Source: Nemertoderma westbladi
Taxonomy: Eukaryota; Animalia; Xenacoelomorpha
Direction of reading: 5' to 3'
Assembly (NCBI GenBank): GCA_032718475.1
Contig: JAUCBJ010001972.1
Location: forward strand, 43,012 to 107,011
DNA length: 64,000 nucleotides
Both the position numbers and the translations under genes were made by a program. How positions within the stretch are numbered: position 1 is the first letter of the stretch; each line of letters starts with the position of its first letter. Shown here one piece after another: positions 40,612-55,700 of this stretch. The notes under the pieces were generated by a model. It saw only the letters and a program-made list of their open reading frames with translations. It had not been told where the DNA came from and did no database searches.

Positions 40612-43600
40612 TATATTTACCCTTTCTTTGTGTTTACGTTACCCACTATATTTACCTGTTCTTTGTGTTTACGTTACCCACTATATTTACCTGTTCTTTG
40701 TGTTTACGTTAACCACTATATTTACCTGTTCTTTGTGTTTACGTTACCCACTATATTTACCTGTTCTTTGTGTTTACGTTACCCTCTATATTTACCTGTT
40801 CTTTGTGTTTATGTTACCCACTATATTTACCCTTTCTTTGTGTTTACGTTACCCACTATATTTACCTGTTCTTTGTGTTTACGTTACCCACTATATTTAC
40901 CCTTTCTTTGTGTTAACGTTACCCACTATATTTACCTGTTCTTTGTGTTTATGTTACCCACTATATTTACCTGTTCTTTGTGTTTACGTTACCCACTATA
41001 TTTACCTGTTCTTTGTGTTTACGTTACCCACTATATTTACCTGTTCTTTGTGTTTATGTTACCCACTATATTTACATGTTCTTTGTGTTTATATCACCCA
41101 CTATATTTACCTGTTCTTTGTGTTTACGTTACCCACTATATTTACCTGTTCTTTGTGTTTACGTTACCCACTATATTTACCTGTTCTTTGTGTTTACGTT
41201 ACCCACTATATTTACCTGTTCTTTGTGTTTATGTTACCCACTATATTTACCCTTTCTTTGTGTTTACGTTACCCACTATATTTACCTGTTCTTTGTGTTT
41301 ACGTTAACCACTATATTTACCTGTTCTTTGTGTTTACGTTAACCACTATATTTACCTGTTCTTTGTGTTTACGTTACCCACTATATTTACCTGTTCTTTG
41401 TGTTTACGTTAACCACTATATTTACCTGTTCTTTGTGTTTACGTTACCCACTATATTTACCTGTTCTTTGTGTTTACGTTACCCACTATATTTACCTGTT
41501 CTTTGTGTTTATGTTACCCACTATATTTACCCTTTCTTTGTGTTTACGTTACCCACTATATTTACCTGTTCTTTGTGTTTACGTTACCCACTATATTTAC
41601 CTGTTCTTTGTGTTTACGTTAACCACTATATTTACCTGTTCTTTGTGTTTACGTTACCCACTATATTTACCTGTTCTTTGTGTTTACGTTACCCTCTATA
41701 TTTACCTGTTCTTTGTGTTTATGTTACCCACTATATTTATCCTTTCTTTGTGTTTACGTTACCCACTATATTTACCTGTTCTTTGTGTTTACGTTACCCA
41801 CTATATTTACCCTTTCTTTGTGTTAACGTTACCCACTATATTTACCTGTTCTTTGTGTTTATGTTACCCACTATATTTACCTGTTCTTTGTGTTTACGTT
41901 ACCCACTATATTTACCTGTTCTTTGTGTTTACGTTACCCACTATATTTACCTGTTCTTTGTGTTTATGTTACCCACTATATTTACATGTTCTTTGTGTTT
42001 ATATCACCCACTATATTTACCTGTTCTTTGTGTTTACGTTACCCACTATATTTACCTGTTCTTTGTGTTTACGTTACCCACTATATTTACCTGTTCTTTG
42101 TGTTTACGTTACCCACTATATTTACCTGTTCTTTGTGTTTATGTTACCCACTATATTTACCCTTTCTTTGTGTTTACGTTACCCACTATATTTACCTGTT
42201 CTTTGTGTTTACGTTAACCACTATATTTACCTGTTCTTTGTGTTTACGTTACCCACTATATTTACCCTTTCTTTGTGTTTACGTTACCCACTATATTTAC
42301 CTGTTCTTTGTGTTTACGTTAACCACTATATTTACCTGTTCTTTGTGTTTACGTTACCCACTATATTTACCTGTTCTTTGTGTTTATGTTACCCACAATA
42401 TTTACCTGTTCTTTGTGTTTATGTTACCCACTATATTTACCTGTTCTTTGTGTTTACGTTACCCACTATATTTACCTGTTCTTTGTGTTTACGTTAACCA
42501 CTATATTTACCTGTTCTTTGTGTTTACGTTACCCACTATATTTACCTGTTCTTTGTGTTTACGTTACCCACTATATTTACCTGTTCTTTGTGTTTATGTT
42601 ACCCACTATATTTACCCTTTCTTTGTGTTTACGTTACCCACTATATTTACCTGTTCTTTGTGTTTACGTTACCCACTATATTTACCCTTTCTTTGTGTTT
42701 ACGTTACCCACTATATTTACCTGTTCTTTGTGTTTACATTACCCACTATATATACCTGTTCTTTGTGTTTACGTTACCCACTATATTTACCTGTTCTTTG
42801 TGTTTATGTTACCCACTATATTTACCCTTTCTTTGTGTTTACGTTACCCACTATATTTACCTGTTCTTTGTGTTTACGTTACCCAATATATTAACCTGTT
42901 CTTTGTGTTTACGTTACCCACTATATTTACCTGTTCTTTGTGTTTATGTTACCCACTATATATACCTGTTCTTTGTGTTTACGTTACCCACTATATTTAC
43001 CTGTTCTTGGTGTTTACGTTACCCACTATATTTACCTGTTCTTTGTGTTTACGTTACCCAATATATTTACCTGTTCTTTGTGTTTACATTAACCACTATA
43101 TTTACCTGTTCTTTGTGTTTATGTTACCCACTATATTTACCTGTTCTTTGTGTTTACGTTACCCACTATATTTACCTGTTCTTTGTGTTTATGTTACCCA
43201 CTATATTTACCTGTTCTTTGTGTTTACGTTGCCCACTATATTTACCTGTTCTTTGTGTTTACGTTACCCACTATATTTACCTGTTCTTTGTGTTTATGTT
43301 ACCCACTATATTTACCCTTTCTTTGTGTTTACGTTACCCACTATATTTACCTGTTCTTTGTGTTTACGTTACCCAATATATTTACCTGTTCTTTGTGTTT
43401 ATGTTACCCACTATATTTACCCTTTCTTTGTGTTTACGTTACCCACTATATTTACCTGTTCTTTGTGTTTACGTTACCCAATATATTAACCTGTTCTTTG
43501 TGTTTACGTTACCCACTATATTTACCTGTTCTTTGTGTTTACGTTACCCAATATATTAACCTGTTCTTTGTGTTTACGTTACCCACTATATTTACCTGTT

Positions 43601-46503
43601 CTTTGTGTTTATGTTACCCACTATATTTACCTGTTCTTTGTGTTTACGTTACCCAATATATTAACCTGTTCTTTGTGTTTACGTTACCCACTATATTTAC
43701 CTGTTCTTTGTGTTTATGTTACCCACTATATTTACCTGTTCTTGGTGTTTACGTTACCCACTATATTTACCTGTTCTTTGTGTTTACGTTACCCAATATA
43801 TTAACCTGTTCTTTGTGTTTACGTTACCCACTATATTTACCTGTTCTTTGTGTTTACGTTACCCAATATATTAACCTGTTCTTTGTGTTTACGTTACCCA
43901 CTATATTTACCTGTTCTTTGTGTTTACGTTACCCACTATATATACCTGTTCTTTGTGTTTACGTTACCCACTATATTTACCTGTTCTTGGTGTTTACGTT
44001 ACCCACTATATTTACCTGTTCTTTGTGTTTACGTTACCCAATATATTTACCTGTTCTTTGTGTTTACATTAACCACTATATTTACCTGTTCTTTGTGTTT
44101 ATGTTACCCACTATATTTACCTGTTCTTTGTGTTTACGTTACCCACTATATTTACCTGTTCTTTGTGTTTATGTTACCCACTATATTTACCTGTTCTTTG
44201 TGTTTACGTTGCCCACTATATTTACCTGTTCTTTGTGTTTACGTTACCCACTATATTTACCTGTTCTTTGTGTTTATGTTACCCACTATATTTACCCTTT
44301 CTTTGTGTTTACGTTACCCACTATATTTACCTGTTCTTTGTGTTTACGTTACCCAATATATTTACCTGTTCTTTGTGTTTATGTTACCCACTATATTTAC
44401 CCTTTCTTTGTGTTTACGTTACCCACTATATTTACCTGTTCTTTGTGTTTACGTTACCCAATATATTAACCTGTTCTTTGTGTTTACGTTACCCACTATA
44501 TTTACCTGTTCTTTGTGTTTACGTTACCCAATATATTAACCTGTTCTTTGTGTTTACGTTACCCACTATATTTACCTGTTCTTTGTGTTTATGTTACCCA
44601 CTATATTTACCTGTTCTTTGTGTTTACGTTACCCAATATATTAACCTGTTCTTTGTGTTTACGTTACCCACTATATTTACCTGTTCTTTGTGTTTATGTT
44701 ACCCACTATATTTACCTGTTCTTTGTGTTTACGTTACCCAATATATTAACCTGTTCTTTGTGTTTACGTTACCCACTATATTTACCTGTTCTTTGTGTTT
44801 ACGTTACCCACTATATTTACCTGTTCTTTGTGTTTACGTTACCCAATATATTAACCTGTTCTTTGTGTTTACGTTACCCACTATATTTACCTGTTCTTTG
44901 TGTTTACGTTGCCCACTATATTTACCTGTTCTTTGTGTTTACGTTACCCACTATATTTACCTGTTCTTTGTGTTTATGTTACCCACTATATTTACCCTTT
45001 CTTTGTGTTTACGTTACCCACTATATTTACCTGTTCTTTGTGTTTATGTTACCCACTATATTTACCCTTTCTTTGTGTTTACGTTACCCACTATATTTAC
45101 CTGTTCTTTGTGTTTACGTTACCCAATATATTTACCTGTTCTTTGTGTTTATGTTACCCACTATATTTACCCTTTCTTTGTGTTTACGTTACCCACTATA
45201 TTTACCTGTTCTTTGTGTTTACGTTAACCACTATATTTACCTGTTCTTTGTGTTTACGTTACCCACTATATATACCTGTTCTTTGTGTTTATATCACCCA
45301 CTATATTTACCCTTTCTTTGTGTTTACGTTACCCACTATATTTACCTGTTCTTTGTGTTTACGTTACCCACTATATTTACCTGTTCTTTGTGTTTACGTT
45401 ACCCACTATATTTACTGTTCTTTGTGTTTACGTTACCCACTATATTTACCCTTTCTTTGTGTTTACGTTACCCACTATATTTACTGTTCTTTGTGTTTAC
45501 GTTAACCACTATATTTTCCTGTTCTTTGTGTTTACGTTAACCACTATATTTACCTGTTCTTTGTGTTTATGTTACCCACTATATTTACTGTTCTTTGTGT
45601 TTACGTTAACCACTATATTTACCTGTTTTTGTATTTACGTTAACCACTATATTTACCTGTTCTTTGTGTTTATGTTACCCACTATATTTACTGTTCTTTG
45701 TGTTTATGTTACCCACTATATTTACCCTTTCTTTGTGTTTACGTTAACCACTATATTTACCTGTTCTTTGTGTTTATGTTACCCACTATATTTACCTGTT
45801 CTTTGTGTTTACGTTACCCACTATATTTACCTGTTCTTTGTGTTTACGTTACCCACTATATTTATCCTTTCTTTGTGTTTACGTTAACCACTATATTTAC
45901 CTGTTCGTGTGTTTACGTTACCCACTATATTTACCTTTTCTTTGTGTTTACGTTACCCACTATATTTACCTTTTCTTTGCGTTTATGTTACCCACTATAT
46001 ATACCTGTTCTTTGTGTTTATATCACCCACTATATTTACCTGTTCTTTGTGTTTATATCACCCACTATATTTACTGTTCTTTGTGTTTACGTTAACCACT
46101 ATATTTACCTGTTCTTTGTGTTTATGTTACCCACTATATTTACTGTTCTTTGTGTTTACGTTAACCACTATATTTACCTGTTCTTTGTGTTTACGTTAAC
46201 CACTATATTTACCTGTTCTTTGTGTTTATGTTACCCACTATATTTACTGTTCTTTGTGTTTACGTTAACCACTATATTTACCTGTTTTTGTATTTACGTT
46301 AACCACTATATTTACCTGTTCTTTGTGTTTATGTTACCCACTATATTTACTGTTCTTTGTGTTTATGTTACCCACTATATTTACCCTTTCTTTGTGTTTA
46401 CGTTAACCACTATATTTACCTGTTCTTTGTGTTTACGTTACCCACTATATTTACCTTTTCTTTGCGTTTATGTTACCCACTATATTTACTGTTCTTTGTG
46501 TTT

Positions 46504-49500
46504 TATTTTATTTATTTAAAAACACTCAGTTTAATTTTAAAGAATAAAATATAAACAGGGGGAACACCACCTAGGTACAAATACCTAATTAGAAGTTATA
46601 ATTAGATATATAAAATTACACTTACAGGTGGATAAAATACACATTTAAGTAGAAGGGCAAAGGCAACAGATAGAGGGATAAACGCTAAAATACAAACAAC
46701 AACAATAAAACTACAAGAATGACCAACGAAATAAAACCAAGTAAACAGAGATTATATCATCAAGTAAAAAAAACATAATTTGTTTCGAAAGCCATTGATC
46801 CTTTTTATAAAAATGACAAAAATATTAAAAACTATTTGGTAGATTAAATATAAATAAAAACAAATAAAAAATATATGTGGTTAATTTAAAAATCTGTTAA
46901 AATGACAATATGGCAATAGATCAACATCTTTCAATTTATCAGTAAAAATATTTACATTTGCAGAATTGACAATTTCTTCGGGTAAGGAATTCCAAATATC
47001 TACAGTTCTGTTTGAAAAAGAGTTTTTTACAATTTGTAGACGGCAAAACGATTTGAAAAGCTTACGGTTATGGCCTCTATTTCTAATATTGGTACTTAAA
47101 GTGAAAAAGTCATTAAAATTTAGATCAACATCATTATGAAAAATACTATACACCATTTTTAAATCATAAATATGCCTACGTACTTCTAGAGGTTGTAGCT
47201 TAAGAAAATTAATTCTCTCCATGTAACTACGGCTGCCGAGGTTACAGCGCTTAAAAAGACGCCGGGTGAAGTAACGCTGAACCCGTTCGATTAAATCAAT
47301 ACTACTTAACGTAAATGGAGAGCAAACGGCAGTACAATATTCTAGTAATGGTCTGGCATATGACTTATACGCTGTACAAATGGCTTTCAGGTTACCGGTA
47401 TAAAAACACTTAAATAAAATATTCACTACTCTATACGCCTTCTTTACTTGTTCACGGTAGTGAAGATCAAATTTCAAATCATGATTCACAATTACACCAA
47501 GATCTCTACAAAAGTCATCATTTTTTATAAGGTTACCATTAAGAAAGTATTGCACAGGTGACACCTTTATACAAGTTGTAGATAAATGAACTACTGAACA
47601 TTTGTGTGCAGCTATCTTGACCTGCCACTCATTTGCCCAAGTCTCTAGTGATTTGAGAGCTTCTGCCAATGAATGGATGTCTGATGATTTGCTGTACAAC
47701 TTGAGATCGTCAGCGAATAAATTACAACAGGTGCCGGTACCTATAATATCAGGTAAATCATTAACATAGAGTAAAAATAATAATGGCCCTAAAACGCTTC
47801 CTTGAATTGTACCTGATATAACTTTGCTTACGACAGAAATAGTATTACCAACCAAGACTTGTTGGGTACGATTACATAGAAAAGCACCAATCCACAATAA
47901 CAAGTGACCCGAGATACCGTAGCTAGCAAGTTTAGCCAAAAGTTTACAGTGAACGACAGAATCAAACGCCTTGGCGAAATCTATGTATATAACGTCTATA
48001 GAGCTGCGACTGTCAAGCAGCTTAAACCATTTATTAGTACTGTCAAGCAATTGAGTACAAGTACTGCGACGTTTCATAAATCCATGTTGCGACTTACTAA
48101 TAATATTATGCAACCTTAGGTACAATAATACATCATTTTTGATACATAACTCCATTATTTTACATGTTACACATGTAAGCGAAATGGGGCGGTAGTTATA
48201 CGGATTAGTGTGGCTGCCCTTCTTAAAGAGGAGGATAATGTTAGCAGTGAGCCATATAGAGGGTAAAGCGTGAGATTCAAATGATACTTTAAATAAAATA
48301 GACAACGGAACAGATAAACATTTAGGTAGTTTCGCAAAAATAAAACTGGGAAAACCATCTGGAGTTTTTCCACATTTAGCCTTAATATTCTTAAGTACAG
48401 AATAAACAGCACCAGGGGAAAAATCTACAGTGGAAATGTGTACACCATTAGCTACTCTACGGTTAAAAATAGGCATTGATTCATTATCCTTTGTAAAATT
48501 CTCAGAAAAAACTTCAGAAAATATATGTGCTTTAGTAGTGTCATCAATTATTACTTTGCCATTCATTTTAAACGCAGATATACCCGATCTGACTTTACGT
48601 TTGCTATTAACACAAGTAAAAATAGCGTTAGGCTTGCCAGATGTTAATATTTTGTTTTCACGTGCACAAGCCACTCTAAAGATGCCTTTAGAAACGGCCT
48701 TGGCACATTTCTTATACTCCTCTTGGCCGTTTTCTGTGTGGCGACGACGCCATAACAATTTCTTTCGCTTTTGTAATTTCGTTATAAAGCGCGGATTTGA
48801 TTTATTACTTGAAATTTTAGTGAAAGGTACAAATTTTTCGATACCGGATTTCAAAATTTCGGCAAATGCCAACCAATAATCATCCACAGATTCACAATTG
48901 TTATATACATCGGACCAGTTATAATTATCTAAGTATGCACCAAAGCTTATATAGTTGCCTTTCTTAAAGTTATAAAAACCGGCATCATCATTTTGAACAT
49001 ACTGTTTAGGAGAAACGATACTAAAAATAATTCCTGAATGATCACTAGTCGAAAAATTTTCGCGAGTATCAACATCAGATACGAACATATCCTCAGAAGT
49101 GAAAACAAGATCTAACACACTATTTAAGCGAGTTGGTTTAAATTGGAGTTGTTCAAGGCCACTTTCTAAAATAAAATTAGAAAAAGTATTATAGAGACTA
49201 TTATCAGGGTGGGATCCATCAGACCAGTTAAAAAGAGGCAAATTAAAGTCACCAAAAACTGTTACAGGAAAGTCCACATTGCATAAATCTGATAAACCCA
49301 GACATAACCGGCGATCATCATCGTTTGACGAGGAAGGGGTTCGATAAACGCAAATCAAACGGCAAGGATGCTGACCTACGAGATCGAGGGCGACGATCTC
49401 CAGACCTTCGAATTTTTCACCAGAAAGTTCAATTCGATGGATAGGTGCTCCCAGGGCGCAGTCACGGATAAGGATTGCGACACCGCCTGCCCTTAAAACA

Positions 49501-49758
49501 CGATCGTTGCGATAAACACTAAACTTCCCGTTCCCGGACAGCATACCATCAGTAAAGGAGCTCGTCAGCCAGGTTTCCGTAATTCCGATTACGTCAAATT
49601 CGCAGTCGGCCAAAAAAGCGTTCAATTCGGCCAATTTGTTACCTAGAGATTGGGCGTTGAAGCAACAACATTCTATGAAAGGCGAGACACAGTGCGTCTG
49701 GTATTCCCCCGTTACGCGTTTCCCAGATTTCCCCGGACGGCATGCTCCTGGGTGCCAG
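46504..49758 (-). mobile_element. CR1-clade LINE, 5'-truncated near the ORF1/ORF2 junction, (TAAA)n tail
   Basis: TTTA repeats at about 46502-46517, about 370-nt 3' UTR, intact ORF2; inserted at GTGTTT|ATGTTACC of satellite C with at most a 4-bp GTTT duplication. Confidence 0.92.
46881..49724 (-). CDS. CR1-like ORF2, APE endonuclease plus reverse transcriptase
   Basis: NAQSLGNK (upstream of the called TTG start), ITETWL, GDFN, SDH, YRPISLT, QHGF, DFAKAFDSV, QGSVLGPLLF, FADD, RPLLEYC, WNSLP; no internal stops. Confidence 0.93.
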   Translation of the reverse strand, partial: GKRVTGEYQTHCVSPFIECCCFNAQSLGNKLAELNAFLADCEFDVIGITETWLTSSFTDGMLSGNGKFSVYRNDRVLRAGGVAILIRDCALGAPIHRIELSGEKFEGLEIVALDLVGQHPCRLICVYRTPSSSNDDDRRLCLGLSDLCNVDFPVTVFGDFNLPLFNWSDGSHPDNSLYNTFSNFILESGLEQLQFKPTRLNSVLDLVFTSEDMFVSDVDTRENFSTSDHSGIIFSIVSPKQYVQNDDAGFYNFKKGNYISFGAYLDNYNWSDVYNNCESVDDYWLAFAEILKSGIEKFVPFTKISSNKSNPRFITKLQKRKKLLWRRRHTENGQEEYKKCAKAVSKGIFRVACARENKILTSGKPNAIFTCVNSKRKVRSGISAFKMNGKVIIDDTTKAHIFSEVFSENFTKDNESMPIFNRRVANGVHISTVDFSPGAVYSVLKNIKAKCGKTPDGFPSFIFAKLPKCLSVPLSILFKVSFESHALPSIWLTANIILLFKKGSHTNPYNYRPISLTCVTCKIMELCIKNDVLLYLRLHNIISKSQHGFMKRRSTCTQLLDSTNKWFKLLDSRSSIDVIYIDFAKAFDSVVHCKLLAKLASYGISGHLLLWIGAFLCNRTQQVLVGNTISVVSKVISGTIQGSVLGPLLFLLYVNDLPDIIGTGTCCNLFADDLKLYSKSSDIHSLAEALKSLETWANEWQVKIAAHKCSVVHLSTTCIKVSPVQYFLNGNLIKNDDFCRDLGVIVNHDLKFDLHYREQVKKAYRVVNILFKCFYTGNLKAICTAYKSYARPLLEYCTAVCSPFTLSSIDLIERVQRYFTRRLFKRCNLGSRSYMERINFLKLQPLEVRRHIYDLKMVYSIFHNDVDLNFNDFFTLSTNIRNRGHNRKLFKSFCRLQIVKNSFSNRTVDIWNSLPEEIVNSANVNIFTDKLKDVDLLPYCHFNRFLN

Positions 49759-52700
49759 GTTTATGTTACCCACTATATTTACCCTTTCTTTGTGTTTACG
49801 TTAACCACTATATTTACCTGTTCTTTGTGTTTACGTTACCCACTATATTTACCTTTTCTTTGCGTTTATGTTACCCACTATATATACCTGTTCTTTGTGT
49901 TTATATCACCCACTATATTTACCTGTTCTTTGTGTTTATATCACCCACTATATTTACCTGTTCTTTGTGTTTACGTTACCCACTATATTTACTGTTCTTT
50001 GTGTTTACGTTAACCACTATATTTACCTGTTCTTTGTGTTTATGTTACCCACTATATTTACCTCTTTGTGTTTACGTTACCCACTATATTTACCTGTTCT
50101 TTGTGTTTACGTTACCCACTATGTTTACCTGTTCTTTGTGTTTATGTTACCCACTATATTTACCTGTTCTTTGTGTTTACGTTACCCACTATATTTACCT
50201 GTTCTTTGTGTTTATGTCACCCACTATATTTACCTGTTCTTTGTGTTTATGTTACCCACTATATTTACTGTTCTTTGTGTTTACGTTAACCACTATATTT
50301 ACCTGTTCTTTGTGTTTACGTTAACCACTATATTTACCTGTTCTTTGTGTTTACGTTACCCACTATATTTACCTGTTCTTTGTGTTTATGTTATCCACTA
50401 TATTTACCTGTTCTTTGTGTTTACGTTACCCACTATATATACCTGTTCTTTGTGTTTATGTTACCCACTATATTTACCCTTTCTTTGTGTTTACGTTACC
50501 CAGTATATTTACCTCTTTGTGTTTACGTTACCCACTATATTTACCTGTTCTTTGTGTTTACGTTAACCATTATATTTACCTGTTCTTTGTGTTTACGTTA
50601 CCCACTATAATTACTGTTCTTTGTGTTTATGTTACCCACTATATTTACCTTATCTTTGTGTTTACGTTAACCACTATATTTACCTGTTCTTTGTGTTTAC
50701 GTTACCCACTATATTTACCCTTTCTTTGTGTTTACGTTAACCACTATATTTACCTGTTCTTTGTGTTTACGTTACCCACTATATTTACCTTATCTTTGTG
50801 TTTACGTTAACCACTATATTTACCTGTTCTTTGTGTTTACGTTACCCACTATATTTACCTGTTCTTTGTGTTTACGTTACCCACTATATTTACCCTTTCT
50901 TTGTGTTTACGTTACCCACTATATTTACCTGTTCTTTGTGTTCACGTTACCCACTATATATACATGTTCTTTGTGTTTACGTTAACCACTATATTTACCT
51001 GTTCTTTGTGTTTATGTTACCCACTATATTTACCCTTTCTTTGTGTTTACGTTACCCACTATATTTACCTGTTCTTTGTGTTTACGTTACCCACTATATT
51101 TACTGTTCTTTGTGTTTATGTTACCCACTATATTTACCTGTTCTTTGTGTTTACGTTAACCACTATATTTACCCTTTCTTTGTGTTTACGTTGCCCACTA
51201 TATTTACCTGTTCTTTGTGTTTATGTTACCCACTATATTTACTGTTCTTTGTGTTTACGTTAACCACTATATTTACCTGTTCTTTGTGTTTACGTTAACC
51301 ACTATATTTACCTGTTCTTTGTGTTTACGTTACCCACTATATTTACCCTTTCTTTGTGTTTACGTTAACCACTATATTTACCTGTTCTTTGTGTTTACGT
51401 TAACCACTATATTTACCTGTTCTTTGTGTTTACGTTACCCACTATATTTACCCTTTCTTTGTGTTTACGTTAACCACTATATTTACCTGTTCTTTGTGTT
51501 TACGTTAACCACTATATTTACCTGTTCTTTGTGTTTACGTTACCCACTATATTTACCTTATCTTTGTGTTTACGTTAACCACTATATTTACCTGTTCTTT
51601 GTGTTTACGTTACCCACTATATTTACCTGTTCTTTGTGTTTACGTTAACCACTATATTTACCTGTTCTTTGTGTTTATGTTACCCACTATATTTACCCTT
51701 TCTTTGTGTTTACGTTGACCACTATATTTACCTGTTCTTTGTGTTTACGTTACCCACTATATATACCTGTTCTTTGTGTTTACGTTACCCACTATATATA
51801 CCTGTTCTTTGTGTTTACGTTACCCACTATATATACCTGTTCTTTGTGTTTATGTTACCCACTATATTTACCTGTTCTTTGTGTTTACGTTAACCACTAT
51901 ATTTACCTGTTCTTTGTGTTTACGTTACCCACTATATTTACATTATCTTTGTGTTTACGTTAACCACTATATTTACCTGTTCTTTGTGTTTATGTTACCC
52001 ACTATATTTACTGTTCTTTGTGTTTACGTTAACCACTATATTTACCTGTTCTTTGTGTTTACGTTACCCACTATATTTACCCTTTCTTTGTGTTTACGTT
52101 ACCCACTATATTTACCTGTTCTTTGTGTTTATGTTACCCACTATATTTACTGTTCTTTGTGTTTACGTTAACCACTATATATACCTGTTCTTTGTGTTTA
52201 CGTTACCCACTATATATACCTGTTCTTTGTGTTTACGTTACCCACTATATTTACCCTTTCTTTGTGTTTACGTTACCCACTATATTTACCTGTTCTTTGT
52301 GTTTATGTTACCCACTATATTTACTGTTCTTTGTGTTTACGTTAACCACTATATTTACCTGTTCTTTGTGTTTATGTTACCCACTATATTTACTGTTCTT
52401 TGTGTTTACGTTAACCACTATATTTACCTGTTCTTTGTGTTTACGTTACCCACTATATTTACCCTTTCTTTGTGTTTACGTTGCCCACTATATTTACCTG
52501 TTCTTTGTGTTTATGTTACCCACTATATTTACTGTTCTTTGTGTTTACGTTAACCACTATATTTACCTGTTCTTTGTGTTTACGTTACCCACTATATTTA
52601 CCCTTTCTTTGTGTTTACGTTAACCACTATATTTACCTGTTCTTTGTGTTTACGTTACCCACTATATTTACCTTATCTTTGTGTTTACGTTAACCACTAT

Positions 52701-55700
52701 ATTTACCTGTTCTTTGTGTTTACGTTACCCACTATATTTACCTGTTCTTTGTGTTTACGTTACCCACTATATTTACCTGTTCTTTGTGTTTATATCACCC
52801 ACTATATTTACATGTTCTTTGTGTTTATATCACCCACTATATTTACATGTTCTTTGTGTTTATATCACCCACTATATTTACATGTTCTTTGTGTTTATAT
52901 CACCCACTATATTTACTGTTCTTTGTGTTTACGTTAACCACTATATTTACCTGTTCTTTGTGTTTACGTTACCCACTATATTTACTGTTCTTTGTGTTTA
53001 CGTCACCCACTATATTTACCTGTTCTTTGTGTTTACGTTAACCACTATATTTACCTGTTCTTTGTGTTTACGTTACCCACTATATTTACCTGTTCTTTGT
53101 GTTTACGTTACCCACTATATTTACCTGTTCTTTGTATTTACGTTACCCACTATATTTACATGTTCTTCGTGTTTATATCACCCACTATATTTACATGTTC
53201 TTTGTGTTTATATCACCCACTATATTTACTGTTCTTTGTGTTTACGTTAACCACTATATTTACCTGTTCTTTGTGTTTATGTTACCCACTATATTTACTG
53301 TTCTTTGTGTTTATATCACCCACTATATTTACATGTTCTTTGTGTTTATATCACCCACTATATTTACATGTTCTTTGTGTTTACGTTACCCACTATATTT
53401 ACCTGTTCTTTGTGTTTACGTTACCCACTATATTTACTGTTCTTTGTGTTTACGTTAACCACTATATTTACCTGTTCTTTGTGTTTACGTTACCCACTAT
53501 ATTTACCTGTTCTTTGTGTTTATATCACCCACTATATTTACTGTTCTTTGTGTTTACGTTAACCACTATATTTACCTGTTCTTTGTGTTTACGTTAACCA
53601 CTATATTTACCTGTTCTTTGTGTTTACGTTACCCACTATATTTACATGTTCTTTGTGTTTATATCACCCACTATATTTACATGTTCTTTGTGTTTATATC
53701 ACCCACTATATTTACTGTTCTTTGTGTTTACGTTAACCACTATATTTACCTGTTCTTTGTGTTTATGTTACCCACTATATTTACTGTTCTTTGTGTTTAT
53801 ATCACCCACTATATTTACATGTTCTTTGTGTTTATATCACACACTATATTTACTGTTCTTTGTGTTTACGTTAACCACTATATTTACCTGTTCTTTGTGT
53901 TTACGTTAACCACTATATATACCTGTTCTTTGTGTTTACGTTACCCACTATATTTACCTGTTATTTGTGTTTACGTTAACCACTATATTTACCTGTTCTT
54001 TGTGTTTACGTTACCCACTATATATACCTGTTCTTTGTGTTTACGTTACCCACTATATTTACCTGTTCTTTGTATTTACGTTACCCACTATATTTACATG
54101 TTCTTTGTGTTTACGTTAACCACTATATTTACCTGTTCTTTGTGTTTACGTTACCCACTATATTTACCTGTTCTTTGTGTTTACGTTAACCACTATATTT
54201 ACATGTTCTTTGTGTTTACGTTACCCACTATATTTACTGCTCTTTGTGTTTATATCACCCACTATATTTACATGTTCTTTGTGTTTATATCACCCACTAT
54301 ATTTACTGTTCTTTGTGTTTACGTTACCCACTATATTTACCTGTTCTTTGTGTTTACGTTAACCACTATATTTACCTGTTCTTTGTGTTTACGTTACCCA
54401 CTATATTTACCTGTTCTTTGTGTTTACGTTAACCACTATATTTACCTGTTCTTTGTGTTTACGTTACCCACTATATTTACATGTTCTTTGTGTTTACGTT
54501 AACCACTATATTTACCTGTTCTTTGTGTTTACGTTACCCACTATATTTACCTGTTCTTTGTGTTTACGTTAACCACTATATTTACCTGTTCTTTGTGTTT
54601 ACGTTACCCACTATATTTACTGTTCTTTGTGTTTATATCACCCACTATATTTACATGTTCTTTGTGTTTATATCACCCACTATATTTACTGTTCTTTGTG
54701 TTTACGTTACCCACTATATTTACCTGTTCTTTGTGTTTACGTTAACCACTATATTTACCTGTTCTTTGTATTTACGTTACCCACTATATTTACATGTTCT
54801 TTGTGTTTACGTTAACCACTATATTTACCTGTTCTTTGTGTTTACGTTACCCACTATATTTACCTGTTCTTTGTGTTTACGTTAACCACTATATTTACCT
54901 GTTCTTTGTGTTTACGTTACCCACTATATTTACTGTTCTTTGTGTTTATATCACCCACTATATTTACATGTTCTTTGTGTTTATATCACCCACTATATTT
55001 ACTGTTCTTTGTGTTTACGTTACCCACTATATTTACCTGTTCTTTGTGTTTACGTTAACCACTATATTTACCTGTTCTTTGTGTTTACGTTACCCACTAT
55101 ATTTACCTGTTCTTTGTGTTTACGTTAACCACTATATTTACCTGTTCTTTGTGTTTACGTTACCCACTATATTTACTGTTCTTTGTGTTTATATCACCCA
55201 CTATATTTACTGTTCTTTGTGTTTACGTTACCCACTATATTTACATGTTCTTTGTGTTTACGTTAACCACTATATTTACCTGTTCTTTGTGTTTATGTTA
55301 CCCACTATATTTACCTGCTCTTTGTGTTTACGTCACCCACTATATTTACCTGTTCTTTGTGTTTACGTTAACCACTATATTTACCTGTTCTTTGTGTTTA
55401 CGTTACCCACTATATTTACCTGTTCTTTGTGTTTACGTTACCCACTATATTTACCTGTTCTTTGTATTTACGTTACCCACTATATTTACATGTTCTTTGT
55501 GTTTATATCACCCACTATATTTACATGTTCTTTGTGTTTATATCACCCACTATATTTACTGTTCTTTGTGTTTACGTTAACCACTATATTTACCTGTTCT
55601 TTGTGTTTATGTTACCCACTATATTTACTGTTCTTTGTGTTTACGTTAATCACTATATTTACCTGTTCTTTGTGTTTACGTTACCCACTATATTTACTGT

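Noticed and set aside
39334-42217. Apparent satellite-RT fusion ORFs (413 aa and 568 aa)
   Set aside because: Chance in-frame read-through between stop-poor satellite and a truncated RTE bounded by an 11-bp TSD.
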